Shown piece by piece: positions 39,563-52,242 of a stretch of DNA of 64,000 bases. The notes below the pieces were generated by a model that was not told the origin of the DNA, ran no database searches, and was given only the letters and a program-made list of their open reading frames with translations. How positions within the stretch are numbered: position 1 is the first letter of the stretch; each line of letters starts with the position of its first letter. The stretch comes from Mobula hypostoma. Its lineage: Eukaryota. The stretch is from the NCBI RefSeq assembly GCF_963921235.1, contig NC_086108.1, positions 46,564,001 through 46,628,000 of the forward strand, written 5' to 3'. Made by a program: the position numbers and the translations under genes.

Positions 39563-42487
39563 TTTTCAAGGGGGATGGGACCCAGAGTGATAGAGCAGTG
39601 AAAGAAGTGCATGGAGTAAAGCCAGATCTAACATATAGAGAGGCTTTGAGGAAAGAGAAGCAGAATAAATGGTGTAAAGGTAGTAAGGCAGAAGGGCTGA
39701 AATGTGTGTACCTCAATGCAAGAAGCATCAGGAACAAAGGTGATGAACTGAGAGCTTGGATATATACATGGAATTATGATGTAGTGGCCATTACAGAGAC
39801 TTGGCTGGCACCTGGGCAGGAATGGATTCTCAATATTGCTGGATTTCAGTGCTTTAAAAGGGATACAAAGGGCGGGAAAAGGGGAGGAGGGGTGGCATTA
39901 CCGGTCAGGGATACTATTACAGCTACAGAAGGGGTGGGTAATATAGCAGGATCCTCTTTTGAGTCAGTATGGTTGGAAGTCAGGAACAGGAAGGGAGCAG
40001 TTACTCTACTGGGGGTATTCTATAGGCCCCCTGGTAGCAGCAGAGATACAGAGGAGCAGATTGGGAGGCAGATTTTGGAAAGGTGCAAAAATAACAAGGT
40101 TGTTATCATGGGTGACTTTAAATTCCCTAATATTGATTGGCACCTGATTAGTTCCAAGGGTTTAGATGGGGCAGAATTTGTTAAGTGTGTCCAGGACGGA
40201 TTCCTGTCACAGTATGTTGACAGGCCGACCAGGGAGAATGCCATACTAGATCTAGTACTAGGTAATGAACCGGGTCAGGTCACAGATCTCTCAGTGGGTG
40301 AGCATCTGGGGGACAGTGACCACCGCTCCCTGGCCTTTAGCATTATCATGGAAAAGGATAGAATCAGAGAGGACAGGAAAATTTTTAATTGGGGAAAGGC
40401 AAATTATGAGGCTATAAGGCTAGAACTTGCGTGTGTGAATTGGGATGATGTTTTTGCAGGGAAATGTACTATGGACATGTAGTCGATGTTTAGAGATCTC
40501 CTGCAGGATGTTAGGGATAAATTTGTCCCGGTGAGGAAGATAAAGAATGGTAGGGTGAAGGAACCATGGGTGACAAGTGAGATGGAAAATCTAGTCAGGT
40601 GGAAGAAGGCAGCATACATGAGGTTTAGGAAGCAAGGATCAGATGGGTCTATTGAGGAATATAGGGAAGCAAGAAAGGAGCTTAAGAAGGGGCTGAGAAC
40701 AGCAAGAAGGGGGCATGAGAAGGCCTTGGCGAGTAGGGTAAAGGAAAACCCCAAGGATTCTTCAATTATGTGAAGAAAAAAGGATGACAGGAGTGAAGGT
40801 AGGACCAATTAGAGATAAAGGTGGGAAGATGTGTCTGGAGGCTGTGGAAGTGAGCGAGGTCCTCAATGAGTACTTCTCTTCGGTATTCACCAATGAGAGG
40901 GAACTTGATGATGGTGAGGACAATATGAGTGAGGTTAATGTTCTGGAGCATGTTGATATTAAGGGAGAGGAGGTGTTGGAGTTGTTAAAATACATTAGGA
41001 CAGACAAGTCCCCGGGGCCTGACGGAATATTCCCCAGGCTGCTCCACGAGGCGAGAGAAGAGATTGCTGAGCCTTTGGCTAGGATCTTTATGTCCTCGTT
41101 GTCCACGGGAATGATACCGGAGGATTGGAGGGAGGCGAATGTTGTTCCCTTGTTCAAAAAAGGTAGTAGGGATAGTCCGGGTAATTATAGACCAGTGAGC
41201 CTTAAGTCTGTGGTGGGAAAGCTATTGGAAAAGAATCTTAGAGATAGGATCTATAGGCATTTAGAGAATCATGGTCTGATCAGGGAGAGTCAGCATGGCT
41301 TTGTGAAGGGCAGATCGTGTCTAATAAGCATGATAGAGTTCTTTGAGGATGTAACCAGGCATATAGATGAGGGTAGTGCAGTGGATGTGATCTATATGGA
41401 TTTTAGTAAGGCATTTGACAAGGTTCCACACGGTAGACTTATTCAGAAAGTTAGAAGGCATGGGATCCAGGGAAGTTTGGCCAGGTGGATTCAGAATTGG
41501 CTTGCCTGCAGAAGGCAGAGGGTGGTGGTGGAGGGAGTACATTCAGAATGGAGGATTGTGACTAGTGGTGTCCCACAAGGATCTGTTCTGGGACCTCTAC
41601 TTTTTGTGATTTTTATTAACGACCTGGATGTGGGGGTAGAAGGGTGGGTTGGCAAGTTTGCAGATGACACAAAGGTTGGTAGTGTCGTAGACAGTGTAGG
41701 GGATTGTGAAAGATTGCAGAGAGACATTGATAGGATGCAGAAGTGGGCTGAGAAGTGGCAGATGGAGTTCAACCCGGAGAAGTGTGAGGTGGTACACTTT
41801 GGAAGGACAAACTCCAAGGCAGAGTACAAAGTATATGGCAGGATACTTGGTAGTGTGGAGGAGCAGAGGGATCTCAGGGTACATGTCCACAGATCCCTGA
41901 AAGTTACCTCACAGATGGATAGGGTAGTTAAGAAAGCTTATGGGGTGTTAGCTTTCATAGGTCGAGGGATAGAGTTTAAGAGTCGCGATGTAATGATGCA
42001 GCTCTATAAAACTCTGGTTAGGCCACACTTGGAGTACCGTGTCCAGTTCTGGTCACCTCACTGTAGGAAGGATGTGGAAACATTGGAAAGGGTACAGAGG
42101 AGATTTACCAGGATGCTGCCTGGTTTAGAAAGTATGCATTATGATCAGAGATTAAGGGAGCTAGGGCTTTATTCTTTGGAGAGAAGGAGGATGAGAGGAG
42201 ACATGATAGAGGTGTACAAGATAATAAGAGGAATAGATAGAATGGATAGCCAGCGCCTCTTCCCCAGGGCACCACTGCTCAATACAAGAGGACATGGCTT
42301 TAAGTTAAGGGGTAGGAAGTTCAAGGGGGATATTAGAGGAAGGTTTTTTACTCAGAGAGTGGTTGGTGCGTGGAATGCACTGCCTGAGTCAGTGGTGGAG
42401 GCAGATACACTAGTGAAGTTTAAGAGACTACTAGACAGGTATATGGAGGAATCTAAGGTGGGGGCTTATATGGGAGGCAGGGTTTGA
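39544..42487 (+). pseudogene. CR1 ORF2p (APE endonuclease plus RT) with one nonsense codon (40480-82) and one frameshift (~40750-40785)
   Basis: YLNARS, ITETWL, MGDF, SDH; GVPQGSVLGPLLF, KFADD. Split over ORFs 39544-40482, 40486-40773 and 40784-42487. Confidence 0.95.
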
Positions 42488-43789
42488 GGGTCGGCACAAC
42501 ATTGTGGGCCGAAGGGCCTGTACTGTGCTGTACTATTCTATGTTCTATGTTCTAACGAGATAAGAGCCCATGGTATTACAGGAAGTATACTAGTATGGAT
42601 AGAAGATTAGATGACTGGCAAGGAGACAAAGAGTGGGAATAAAGAGAAACTTTTCTGGTAGGCTGCCAGTGACTAGTGGTGTTCCGCAGGGTCGGTGTTA
42701 GGACTGCTTCTTTTCACGTTACATGTCAATGATTTGGATGACGGAATTGACGGCTTTGTGATCACGTTTGCAGACAATACAAAGATAGCTGGAGGTACAG
42801 GTAGTGTTGAGGAAACAGGGAGCTTGCAAAGGACTTAAACGGATTGGGAAAATAGGCAAAATGTGGCAGACGGAATATAGTATAGGGATGTGTATGTCAT
42901 GCACTTTGGTAGGAGGAAAAAGGTATAGACTGTTTGCTGAATAAGGAGAAAATTCAAAAATCAGAGGTACAGGATTCCCTAAAGTTAACGTGCAGGCTGA
43001 GTGAGTGGTAAGGAAGGAAAATGCTATGTCAGCGTTCATCCCAAGAGGATTAAAATGTAAGAAAAGATGTGTTGGCATTGGAGAGGGTCCAGCAGAGGTT
43101 CACAAGAATGATTCCAGGGATGAAATATTTAATGTATAAGGAGCTTTTGTTGGCTTTGGGCCTGGTACTCACTGGAGCTTTGAAGAATGAGGGAGGATCT
43201 CATTGAAACCTATTGAATGTTGAAAGGCCTAGAAAGAGTGGATGAAGATATTTCCTATTGACGGAAAGTCTAGGACTGGAGGGTACAGCCTCAAAGTAGA
43301 GGGGCGTCCATTTCAAACCAAGATAAGGAGGAATTCTTTAGCCATAAGGTTGTGAACCTGTGGAATTCATTGCCACAGACAGCCATGATTGAATGGTGGA
43401 GCAAACCCAATTGGCTGAATGGCCTAATTCTGCTCCTGTGTCTCATGGTCTTATGGTCTTACCTCCTGCACATCCAATACACTTCCTCGTTAAGAGGTGG
43501 GTGAAATTTAAGCAGTGCTTGTTGATCACAATTAGCACTCTGCTAGGGTGTGCAGTTAGTAAAGCAATCTCCTTGAGTGATATCTCATTAATCGTGCTAA
43601 ACATTCATTCTTTCATTTGCCAGTGTGCAATAACTGACTTCCAGTAAGACAGCAGTGTGTTCAGTTGCAGTGGCTTCTACAGGGTTAACAAAGGGTGCTA
43701 TTATCCTATTTAAACATATTTTTAATGATGGTAAGATCCTGCTATACATTAAGAACTGCAGGTCTACCTCATCAGCGAGTAGCTCGTTG

Positions 43790-44330
43790 AAGGAGAAAAT
43801 GAAGGAGCTGTGCATCGTGCTGCTGCCTGAGTCGAAGGAGGCTCACAGTCAAATAGCCAGTGACCATGTTGGTTGTTTTTCTTGTGATTGCAAGATCCTT
43901 TTGGACACTGTTAATGTGGTATGCCACAAGTTCAATTCAATAATTTATTGGTGCAGAGTAGGGGCTGAGAGCAATGGAGCTGTTTGGTCTCGGTGGTAGA
44001 GAGAACTAGGCCTCAAGGCACAGTCTCGCCTGTTTGCAGCTGCCATGAGAGAGGTGTCGTAGCTGGAGTGCTCCATAGGGGGCGGTGTGGCGCGGCGTCC
44101 GAGTTGGAGTCAGTGCTGCCGTGCCCCTGTCCCCCACCCCCCGGTGTTTGCTACACAGATTTCTGTGATGTTGGATGGCTTGAGTTTGTATTCTTTTATA
44201 TCTTACTATCTTGTACATGGTATGTGTGACTGTCAGTACTGCGTTTATCGCCTTGGCCCTGAAGTAACACTCTCCCATTTGGCTGTATTCAAGTATGGGT
44301 GAATGACGATTAAAGTTGAATTGAATTGTA
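43790..44330 (+). mobile_element. Probable non-LTR retroelement 3' end
   Basis: Ends in ATTAAAGTTGAATTGAATTG, a tandem tail like those of the Rex1-type elements here. No protein motif seen. Confidence 0.4.
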
Positions 44331-44559
44331 GTGTGTAGCACATACAAACTGGACTGTAGTTACTTACCATGCCCCAATCCTTGAATCTTTCCACTATGAC
44401 CTCCAAGGATTTCAGACTCATGGGAGCACTGTCAATTGCAGATTCCAACAAAACTGTGGAATCACTTCACCAGAAGCAGTCAAAGAAGGTAGTTTATTCC
44501 CAGCTTTTTAAGGACAGTTAGGGATGAGCTTTAAAAGTCGGCCCTGAGGGTTGCTGGCA

Positions 44560-44955
44560 GATAATCAACTCAGTAAAAGACGTCCTTTGGTTTGCCTAAA
44601 GGTTGTCGGTCTGCCATCGCATCGAGATGTCTGCGGAGGAGTGTTGTCAGCGGGCACATTCCAGGCTGCAGGAGTACGCAATAAGGCATGCACTGAAGCG
44701 TGGTGCGACCACCACCAGGGCTTGATGGGGAAGTTCCACTACTGAAGAGGGAGCGGCCGGGTTGGGTGAGGAAGCCCCTCAATTGTTGTAGTAATATACC
44801 ACTCCGAAGGGCCTCATGAGTGGCAGCAGTGCTGTCGGTGTATAGGAATGTAATTGAAAGCATTGACTACGAATGTAAGAATGAAAAGGCATTGCACGAT
44901 TTGTTCCTGTAAATATTTTTCATAATGAATAAAGTTTATTCTGACATATAAAAAG
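44560..44955 (+). mobile_element. Tx1/L1-like LINE 3' end
   Basis: INSVKDVLW...EMSAEECC.RAHSRLQEY..R.ALK relic followed by AATAAA and an A-rich tail. Confidence 0.65.
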
Positions 44956-45225
44956 TGTAGGCCTTCAGAGTAATGCTAAGCTCCCAAAAATTAATAAGGA
45001 GAAAAATGTCATCCTGGTAATCGAGTTAGCCTTCAAGGGAATGATATCCCACTCCAATTTGCTACAAGGATCCTACATGAAATGGATTTGAGGAAAGAAT
45101 CTATTCTTGTGGACTGTCTTAAAAGATATTTCTCCTTTCATATTCTGCAAGGGTTTTTGCAATCTTCTGCTGCTGGCAACTACGTAGTCACGTAGTGATC
45201 TTCAAAAAGACAAATCTAAAGATTG

Positions 45226-45330
45226 AACACAAGAGATTCTGCAGATGCTGGAAATCCAGAGCAACACACACAAAATGCTAGAGGGACTCAGCAGGTCAGG
45301 CAGCATCTATGGAAATGAACAATCAGCATT
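45226..45330 (-). mobile_element. Penelope-like terminal fragment
   Basis: TCTGCAGATGCTGGAAATCCAGAGCAACACACACAAAATGCT...CAGCATCTATGG, same family as 56650-56740. Confidence 0.75.
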
Positions 45331-46434
45331 TCTAGGTTCTTTTCCAGAGGGCTAAATGCATACTCTGTAATCATGTTATGTTAATTTTTCCTCTTTAAAT
45401 GTGTCCATTTTCTTGGGTGTGAAAATCAGTGAAGTAGCTATTGCTTCAGAAAATGCAATAGTGAGTGTGTCCAACCTCACCTTAAATGTTTATCACTGTT
45501 TTCAGTCTGATTCATTATTCTTGCCAGAGTGTAAGCACTGGTGTTCCTCTGTATTTCCATAACATTGTAAATAAAATTCCCTGAGGGTGAGACTAAAGCT
45601 CTTTCGTTCTCCTCTCCATCTCTCTGTTCCGTCCTTCATTGTCTATATCTGCTTGACTACATTAGCTTGGTGTTACTCCCAGCTAATTTAACTTCCCTGT
45701 TTTTAATTTGATGAAGTGATCTTGCAATGGTCAACATTATGTGGTAATTCGATTACTCAACATTATATCAATGTTGATGAAATCACTGTTGCCAAAAATC
45801 TTGCTTCCCTTCTTCTCTGAACATAATGTGAAGTACTGTGAAATTCTTAATTAACATCTGTCTCATTCTTTTGTCTAACAGTTTTACCTCAAACCTATTA
45901 TGATGGCTACCACATAAGAAAATTTAAAATCAAGACTGACACTATGGGCACGCTACATTGTGGAAAATATATTAAATTGAGGCCCTATCTTTTCCTTTTA
46001 GTGTGGGGCAGGTGAGTTATCTTTTGGTGTTCTTTCCAATATTTCTCTTTCAAGGACATTATGATTCATGGGAGCTTGCAAATGCAAAGCAATGACAATT
46101 TTTTGCAATATAATAGCAATGACTACGCCTCAAACATACTTACTAAATTGTTTTCCAATCAAGGATGACCGAGGCACAACTTAATTCTTATCTTTGAACT
46201 TTTTATTTACATTCCAAACAAAGTTAATTGGAAGTTACATCAGAACTCACCTCTATGCTCCCCCTCCTTTGAGAGACATTATAAATCTCCATAAAATCAA
46301 TGAAGACATGGACAGAAAATGTTGTTGCATCCTTAATATCTAATGCTTCCACAGATAATTGTATGCTTGCTCTATTTAAAGACAAAGAAAAGTGAACAAA
46401 TGATGGGACTAGGGTGGATTTTGAACTCACTCAT

Positions 46435-46748
46435 GGTGAGAGAGTCTAAGACCAGAGGACACAGCCTCAGAATAGAGAGGCCCCGTTTTAGAACAGAGAT
46501 GAGGAGGAATTTCTTTATCAAGAGAATGGTGAACCTGTTGAATTCTTTGCTGCAGACAGCTGTGGATGCCAAGTCCTTAGGTATATTTAAGGCAGAGGTT
46601 GATAGATTCTTGAGTGGTCAGGGATACAGGGAGAAGACAGGAGATTGGGACTAAGAAGAAAATTGGATTAACTATGATGAAATGGTAGAGTAGACTTGAT
46701 GGGCCAAATGACCTAATTATGCTCCTACATCTTATGGTCTTATGGTAT
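46435..46748 (+). mobile_element. CR1 3' end
   Basis: SKTRGHSLRI..RFRTEMRRNFF and a TTATGGTCTTATGG tail. Confidence 0.85.
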
Positions 46749-47249
46749 TAGGCAAAAATCAAGAAAGACCTGCAGGACAAAGGGTTGATAATTCAAATAT
46801 ATTAATATTTAATGTTATATGGCCTTGCGTCATTAACAGTTGCCAGGGAGAATTTAATGAAAATCAGACAGCAATGTTTGAGTTGCTAACAATAATATCT
46901 CCTCCATTATCAAAACTTGCAACTGTTTTCCTTGATGACCAGAAATATTTTAATCTCCAGTTGTTGTGTTAATTCTTTCTCTGTTAAATTTTGGAGGGGT
47001 TTCTGAGGATTGGTGCTAACCTTGTTATTTAGTATCGAGACCCATGCATCTGCCTGTTATAGTGAAAATAGGTGCTGATAACAGATCTACAATCTGGGTT
47101 TCTGAGGAGGAGCAGGCTGGGGAATCACTGGAGACCAGGATTCGTAGTCACTGACCCACTTGCAGCTGTGTGAGAGAGAAGGGTCCTGACAGAGATGCTG
47201 TCTGCATGAGATGTGCAGACAAAAGCCAGTTGTCCTCCATATGTCAGAA

Positions 47250-47589
47250 CAACTGAACCTAGTGGCCTGGTGTCATGACAATAACCTTTCCCTCAAGGTC
47301 AGCAAAACAAAAGAATTAGTTATCGATGTCAGAAAGGGGGGCATTTTACATTCTCCTGTTTAAATCAATGGTGCTGAGGTCAAGAGGGTTGAGGGTTTCC
47401 AGATGTCAACAACTACAATAGCCTCCTCTGCTCCAAACACATGGCTGGCATAACTAAGAAAACTCACTGGTGCCTCTGCTTCTTCAGGAATCTAAATAAA
47501 TTTGGCATGTCACCTTTGACCCTCACCAATTTTATCAATGCACCACAGAAAGCATCCTACCTGGATGCACCCCAGCTGGGTGTGGCAAC
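47250..47589 (+). mobile_element. Rex1/Babar-like fragment
   Basis: LVAWCHDNNLSL.VSKTKEL and FFRNLNKFGMSP.TLTNF. Confidence 0.75.
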
Positions 47590-47794
47590 TGACTTGAAGT
47601 GGGTGAGTAATTACGCAATCAATTATTTGGTGCTTAATAATTGTAATAAATCTAGACCCATTTGTAGAAATTCGTTTTCACTTTGACATGAGAGAGCTAA
47701 TCAATGTCAAAAAAGCCAAAATACTGTGATTCAATGTTGTAAAACAATAAAACATGAACCCCTCCAAGGGGGTAAATACTTTTTAAAGACATTG
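47590..47794. mobile_element. Isolated Tc1 terminal inverted repeat
   Basis: Reverse complement of 35029-35247, ending CATTG|TA. Confidence 0.85.
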
Positions 47795-47799
47795 TATAT

Positions 47800-49095
47800 G
47801 TATACTAAAGAGTTAAATAAAAAATAGTACAAAAGCAGAAAAAAAAGTGTTCATGGGTTCAATGTCCATTTAGGAATCAGATGGCAGAGGGGAAGAAGCT
47901 GTTCCTGAATCGCTGAGTGTGTGCCTTCAGGCTTCTGTACCTCCTTCCTGACGGTAACAATGAAAAGAGGCATGCCCTGGGGTGATGAGGTACTTAATAA
48001 TGGACGCCACCTTTCTGAGGCACTGCTCCTTGAAGATGTCTTGGATACTACAGAACTAGCACATGATAGAACTGACAAACTTTACTACTTTCTACAGCTT
48101 ATTCGATCCTGTGCAGTAGCCATCCACCACCCCCTCTCATCCAATACCAGACGGTGATGCAGCCTGTCAGAATGCTCTCCGTGGTACATCTATAGAAGTG
48201 TTCGAGTGTTTTAGGTGACAAATCAAATCTCCTCAAACTCCTAATGAAATATAGCCGCTGCCTTGCCTTCTTTATAGTTGTATCAATATGTTGGGACCAG
48301 GTGAGATCCTCTGAGACGCTGACACCCAGGAACTTGAAACTGCTCAGTGTCTCCACTTCTGATCCCTCTATGAGGATTAGTTCATGTTCTCTCATCTTAC
48401 CCTTCCTGAAGTCCACCATCAGCTATTTGGTCTTGCTGATGTTGAGTGCAATATTATTGCTGCGACATCACTAAACTAGCTGGTATATCTCGCTCCTGTA
48501 CACTTTCTCATCTCCAGCTGAGATTCTGCGAACAATTAGAATATTTCTAAATGGCATTAGAGCTATGTGTAGCCACACAGCTAAGGGTGTAAAGAGAGTA
48601 GAGCAGTGGCTAGGCACTCACCCCTGAGGTGCGCCAGTGTTGATCATCAGCGAGGAGGAGATGTTATCACCAATCCGCACAGATTGTGGTCTTCCTCTTA
48701 GGAAGTTGAGGATCCAGTTGCAGAGGGAGGTACAGAAACCGAGGTTCTGTAGCATTTTGATCAGGACTGTGGGAATGATGGTGTTAAACGCTGGGGTATA
48801 GTTAATGAACAGCATCCTAACATAGGTGTATGTATTGTCCAGTGATCTAAGACCGTGTGAAGAGCCATAGACGTTAAGCCTGCCGTAGACCTATTGTGGT
48901 GATGGGCAGATTGCACTGGGTCCAGGTTCTTGCTGAAGCAGGAGTTGATTCTAGCCAAGACCAACTTCTCAAAGCATTTCATCATCATAGATGTGAGTGC
49001 CACTGGACGGTAGTCATTAAGGCAGTTCACACTACTCTTCTTGGGCACTGGTATAATTGTTGCCCTTTTGAAGCAGGTGGGAACAACATATTGCT
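47800..49095 (-). mobile_element. Rex1/Babar-like LINE (RT to 3' end)
   Basis: IIPVPKK...LNDYRPVALTS.MMKCFEKLV, TGAPQG, KKARQRLYFIRSLRRF. Confidence 0.9.
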
Positions 49096-49099
49096 GATC

Positions 49100-50865
49100 A
49101 GAGAAAGTCAAGTGAAGGGAAGATAGTCCTCCCACAGCCAGGTGGCCAAGTCATGGTGAGAGAGCTGCCAGAAAAGGCAGGGTTTTCTCCCAGATGGATA
49201 GGACCACATGACACCACGTCTGTGTACAGACCTGACGAGGTAGCCAGTGGAAACACTGGACTCAGTTTAAATCATACGACCCACCTTCTTGTTGCCTCTC
49301 AGACGGAGCAAAAAAATAAGTGTTCCCGTTAACAGTGTCATTGCAGGGAACCCAAGTGACTAACACCAGCCAGCTGTGTCAGATCTGACCACAGCTGACA
49401 GAAGCAGACCCACAACAAACACAGATGTAGAGGACACAGAGAGTGTGACAGCAAACTGTGAGCAGCGCGGTTACAGTGTAACAAAAACTGAACTCTGTAA
49501 TGAAGGCTGGTTAGATGATCAGTTGTATAGATCAGATTAGAAAGATATTGGGGAAAAAAGGTGGGATGGGATCCGAGTTACAGCAGAGACTTCAGGTTCC
49601 ACAACTTCAATGGTGTGGTAGACTGAGAAAGAGAATAAACTACACATGGCATCCGGCCTGAATAGAGAGTGAATACTAATGAGCTGGGCCCTTCGGTGGT
49701 TGACCCAGCAATCGAATGGACAGTTCGGAAGGGGGTGCCACCAGAGTGAGGTCCTTGCAGTCATTCAAATAGTGACCACCACAAACTCTCCTATGCATCA
49801 ATGAGAGGGTCTAAGAGACCAGTTCTCAGATCCTGACAAATCTGTATCACGACATGGACTATGAATTGTTGCTTGTGAGCCTGATGTGGTTCCCTTGCTG
49901 GTGCCCCTGACCAGAGATACCACTGACAGCCACTGTTGAGTTTTAGCTACCGGAGAATGAAGGGGTGAAGATAAAGAATGTGATTAAACTGCAATTGGCC
50001 AGCAGAGAAGGAGACGGGCAGGCACTTGAATGACGAAGCTGCATTTTAAAAACTGTTGGTCAAATGTTTGGAACAATCCCTGCTCGGAGTCTTGGAGGTA
50101 GCCGTTAGGGTTGATAGCGTAGATGTAGGTACGCATAGGAATATGATAGATAGTTGGGGAAGGGGATCCGAAGAACAAGGGGTCAGAAGTTCTTTCCTCT
50201 TCAGCCCTTAACCTTTCCCACCCCCCTGGCTTCACCTGTTACATTCCTGCTAGCCTCTTTCCCCACCACCCTCTCCATTTTTATTCTGGCATCTTCCCCC
50301 TTCCTTCAGAGTCCTGAAGAAGGGTCTTGTGCCAAACCGTCAACTGTTTACTCTTTTCTATAGATACTGTCTGATCTGTTGAGTTCCTCTCACGTTTTGT
50401 GTGTTACAGGGCATCTTTGCTACCCTTCTGTGATAGAAATGGTTAAAACTAGTGCATGATGGGATACTTGACCACTCAGGAGCAGTTGGACTTAAAGACT
50501 GCTGATGCAAATCGAGAATAACCCTGAATGATAAGTGCAGCACCAGGAACTCAAATAAACAGGATATTAAATCCCTGGAACCAGGGAGAGGATGCGTCTG
50601 CGGTAAATCGTGAGTCCTACTAACAGGGAACAAAAAGAATTATTAAACTCTTGTAAAAGATTGATCATGCACTGACTGTGGGATGTCAGACAAAGTCACA
50701 TGATGTTGTTTGTCTTGTTATATAAATATGAGCCAGGTATAACCAAAATATCAGAGCGCTGGTGTCAGTGGAGACTGCTGCAGACTCTCCATGATATCAT
50801 GTTAATAAATTCTTAAAACAAAACTTGAAGTTGCTCTGGTGATCTCAGTCAGAAGTTCCACGACA
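49100..50865 (+). mobile_element. Endogenous retrovirus/LTR element 3' remnant: integrase C-terminus, decayed internal region, PPT and 3' LTR (49966-50865) interrupted by a Penelope fragment
   Basis: QPGGQVMVRELPEKAGFSPRWIGPH (49135-49209) and WKHWTQFK (49248-49271). GGAGAATGAAGGGG|TG at 49952-49967. TATAAAT ~50720, AATAAA 50804, terminal CA. Confidence 0.65.
50185..50406 (+). mobile_element. Penelope-like terminal fragment with degenerate hammerhead
   Basis: AGTC-CTGAAGA-AGGGTCTTGTGCC-AAACCGTC-AACT followed by the family 3' end. Confidence 0.75.
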
Positions 50866-51489
50866 CCTACTGTCTTCAATCCTCCTTGAAGTTTGGCTTT
50901 TCCTGGAACAAGTTTATTTTTGTCCAGGAGGGCCCAGAGGAGATCCATCATAAAAATTCCTTCTCTTTTGGAGTGAATTGAAGGAAAGCCAAACTACACT
51001 GCAGGTCAGGGGTTGTGTAACAGCGGTACCGAGATCTGGCTGCCGGCCATGTGATTACTGATTACTAAGAGCTTACATTCTTACTTCTCTTTGCTGTCAG
51101 CCACAAAGGAAAGAAAAGCTGCACGTTTCCAGCTTCTAGTCTACGCATTGTGCTCAGGTCCAGGGGGAATGCCACATATTTCCAGCTTCTCCTAACCCCT
51201 CAGAACCTGCAGCAGTCAGATTCTACAGAAGTCAGGTACTACCGAAGAAGAGCAACATGATCATGTTTTGACAATAAGCTTCTTCATTGGAAGGGACCCA
51301 AGGGAAGTGCTGAATTTGCCTTAAGAACATTAAGAAGGAAACACTTTGATACTTCTATGGAATTGCACACCACAAATGTGTCTTTTTCATAAGGTTGACA
51401 GGAAACTCAAAGAGAAGTTTTGATACAGGAATTTAAATCTGACAGATGCAAACTGTTGGATTTTGAGATGTTAGATCAGCATAGTAAAT

Positions 51490-51810
51490 TAGTGGGTCCC
51501 TGAACATACTTTGGAACAGAGAGATCCAGGGCTACAGGTACATCATTCTCTGAAACTGGGGACATGGGTCGATAGGGCAGTGAAGAAAGCATTCAGCATG
51601 CTTGCCTTCTTTGGTCGCAGCACTGAGCACAAGGACTAGGACGTCACGTTACAGCTGTAAAATAATTGTTGGTGTAGACTGCTTTTGGATTATTGTGTGC
51701 TTTTCTGCTCACTTGGATATAGGAGGGATGTCATTAATCTGGAAAAGCGTAGAAAAGATTGATGAGGATGCTGCTAAGACTGAGCAGTTTAAAGTATGAG
51801 ACAGGATAGG
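51490..51810 (+). mobile_element. Highly degenerate CR1 fragment
   Basis: EQRDPGLQVHHSLK...VDRAVKKAFSML resembles CR1 ORF2 at 41860-41960. Confidence 0.7.
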
Positions 51811-52046
51811 CTGGCACTGTTTCACCAAGCAGATCAAGAAACAAATTCAAGAATGTGTTCAAAGTCTTCTTATAGACATACAACATTCCCACTGACACCT
51901 GAGAACCTCCAGATCCATGACCAAGTGGAGAAGGGGCATTCAGCATGATATTGGGAAACTTGAGTCCATGTATTGTGAGTACGCAGAAGCCTTGCGTAAG
52001 TGACAGGAGAAGCACACCACTTCACAAGCTGCTTGTACCTACTGAG

Positions 52047-52242
52047 CAACACACACAAAATGCTGGTGGAACTCAGCAAGTCAGGCAGTATCCATGGAGA
52101 AAAATAAACAGCCCTGATGAAGGGTCTCAGCTCGAAACTTTGACTTTTCACTTCCCTGCATAGATGCTACCTGACTTGCTAAGTTCCATCAGCATCTTGT
52201 GTGTGTCGTTCAAGATTTCCAGCGGTTGCAGAATCCCGTGTG
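52047..52242. mobile_element. Foldback Penelope-derived mini-element with a hammerhead core between its arms
   Basis: Arms 52047-52097 and 52159-52208 are reverse complements. CTGATGA at 52114-20 and GAAA at 52134-37. Confidence 0.8.

Larger units (their letters stand above)
38502..42556 (+). mobile_element. Near-full-length young CR1 LINE (~4.05 kb)
   Basis: ORF1 plus ORF2, 3' UTR hairpin region and (TTCTATG)n tail. CTAAC occurs at both 38497-38501 and 42552-42556. Confidence 0.97.
38360..43460 (+). mobile_element. Old CR1 fragment (38360-38501 and 42557-43460) split by a younger CR1
   Basis: RT motif SVDVVYL...DKV..HMRL to the left continues as IRAHGITG...VTSGVPQG to the right. Has its own ATGGTCTT tail near 43450. 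Confidence 0.85.

Noticed and set aside
35029..47794. One 12.8-kb composite Tc1 bounded by matching inverted TIRs
   Set aside because: The left flank is CR1 and the right flank is a Rex1 tail, so the target sequence is not continuous. Two independent truncated copies are more likely.
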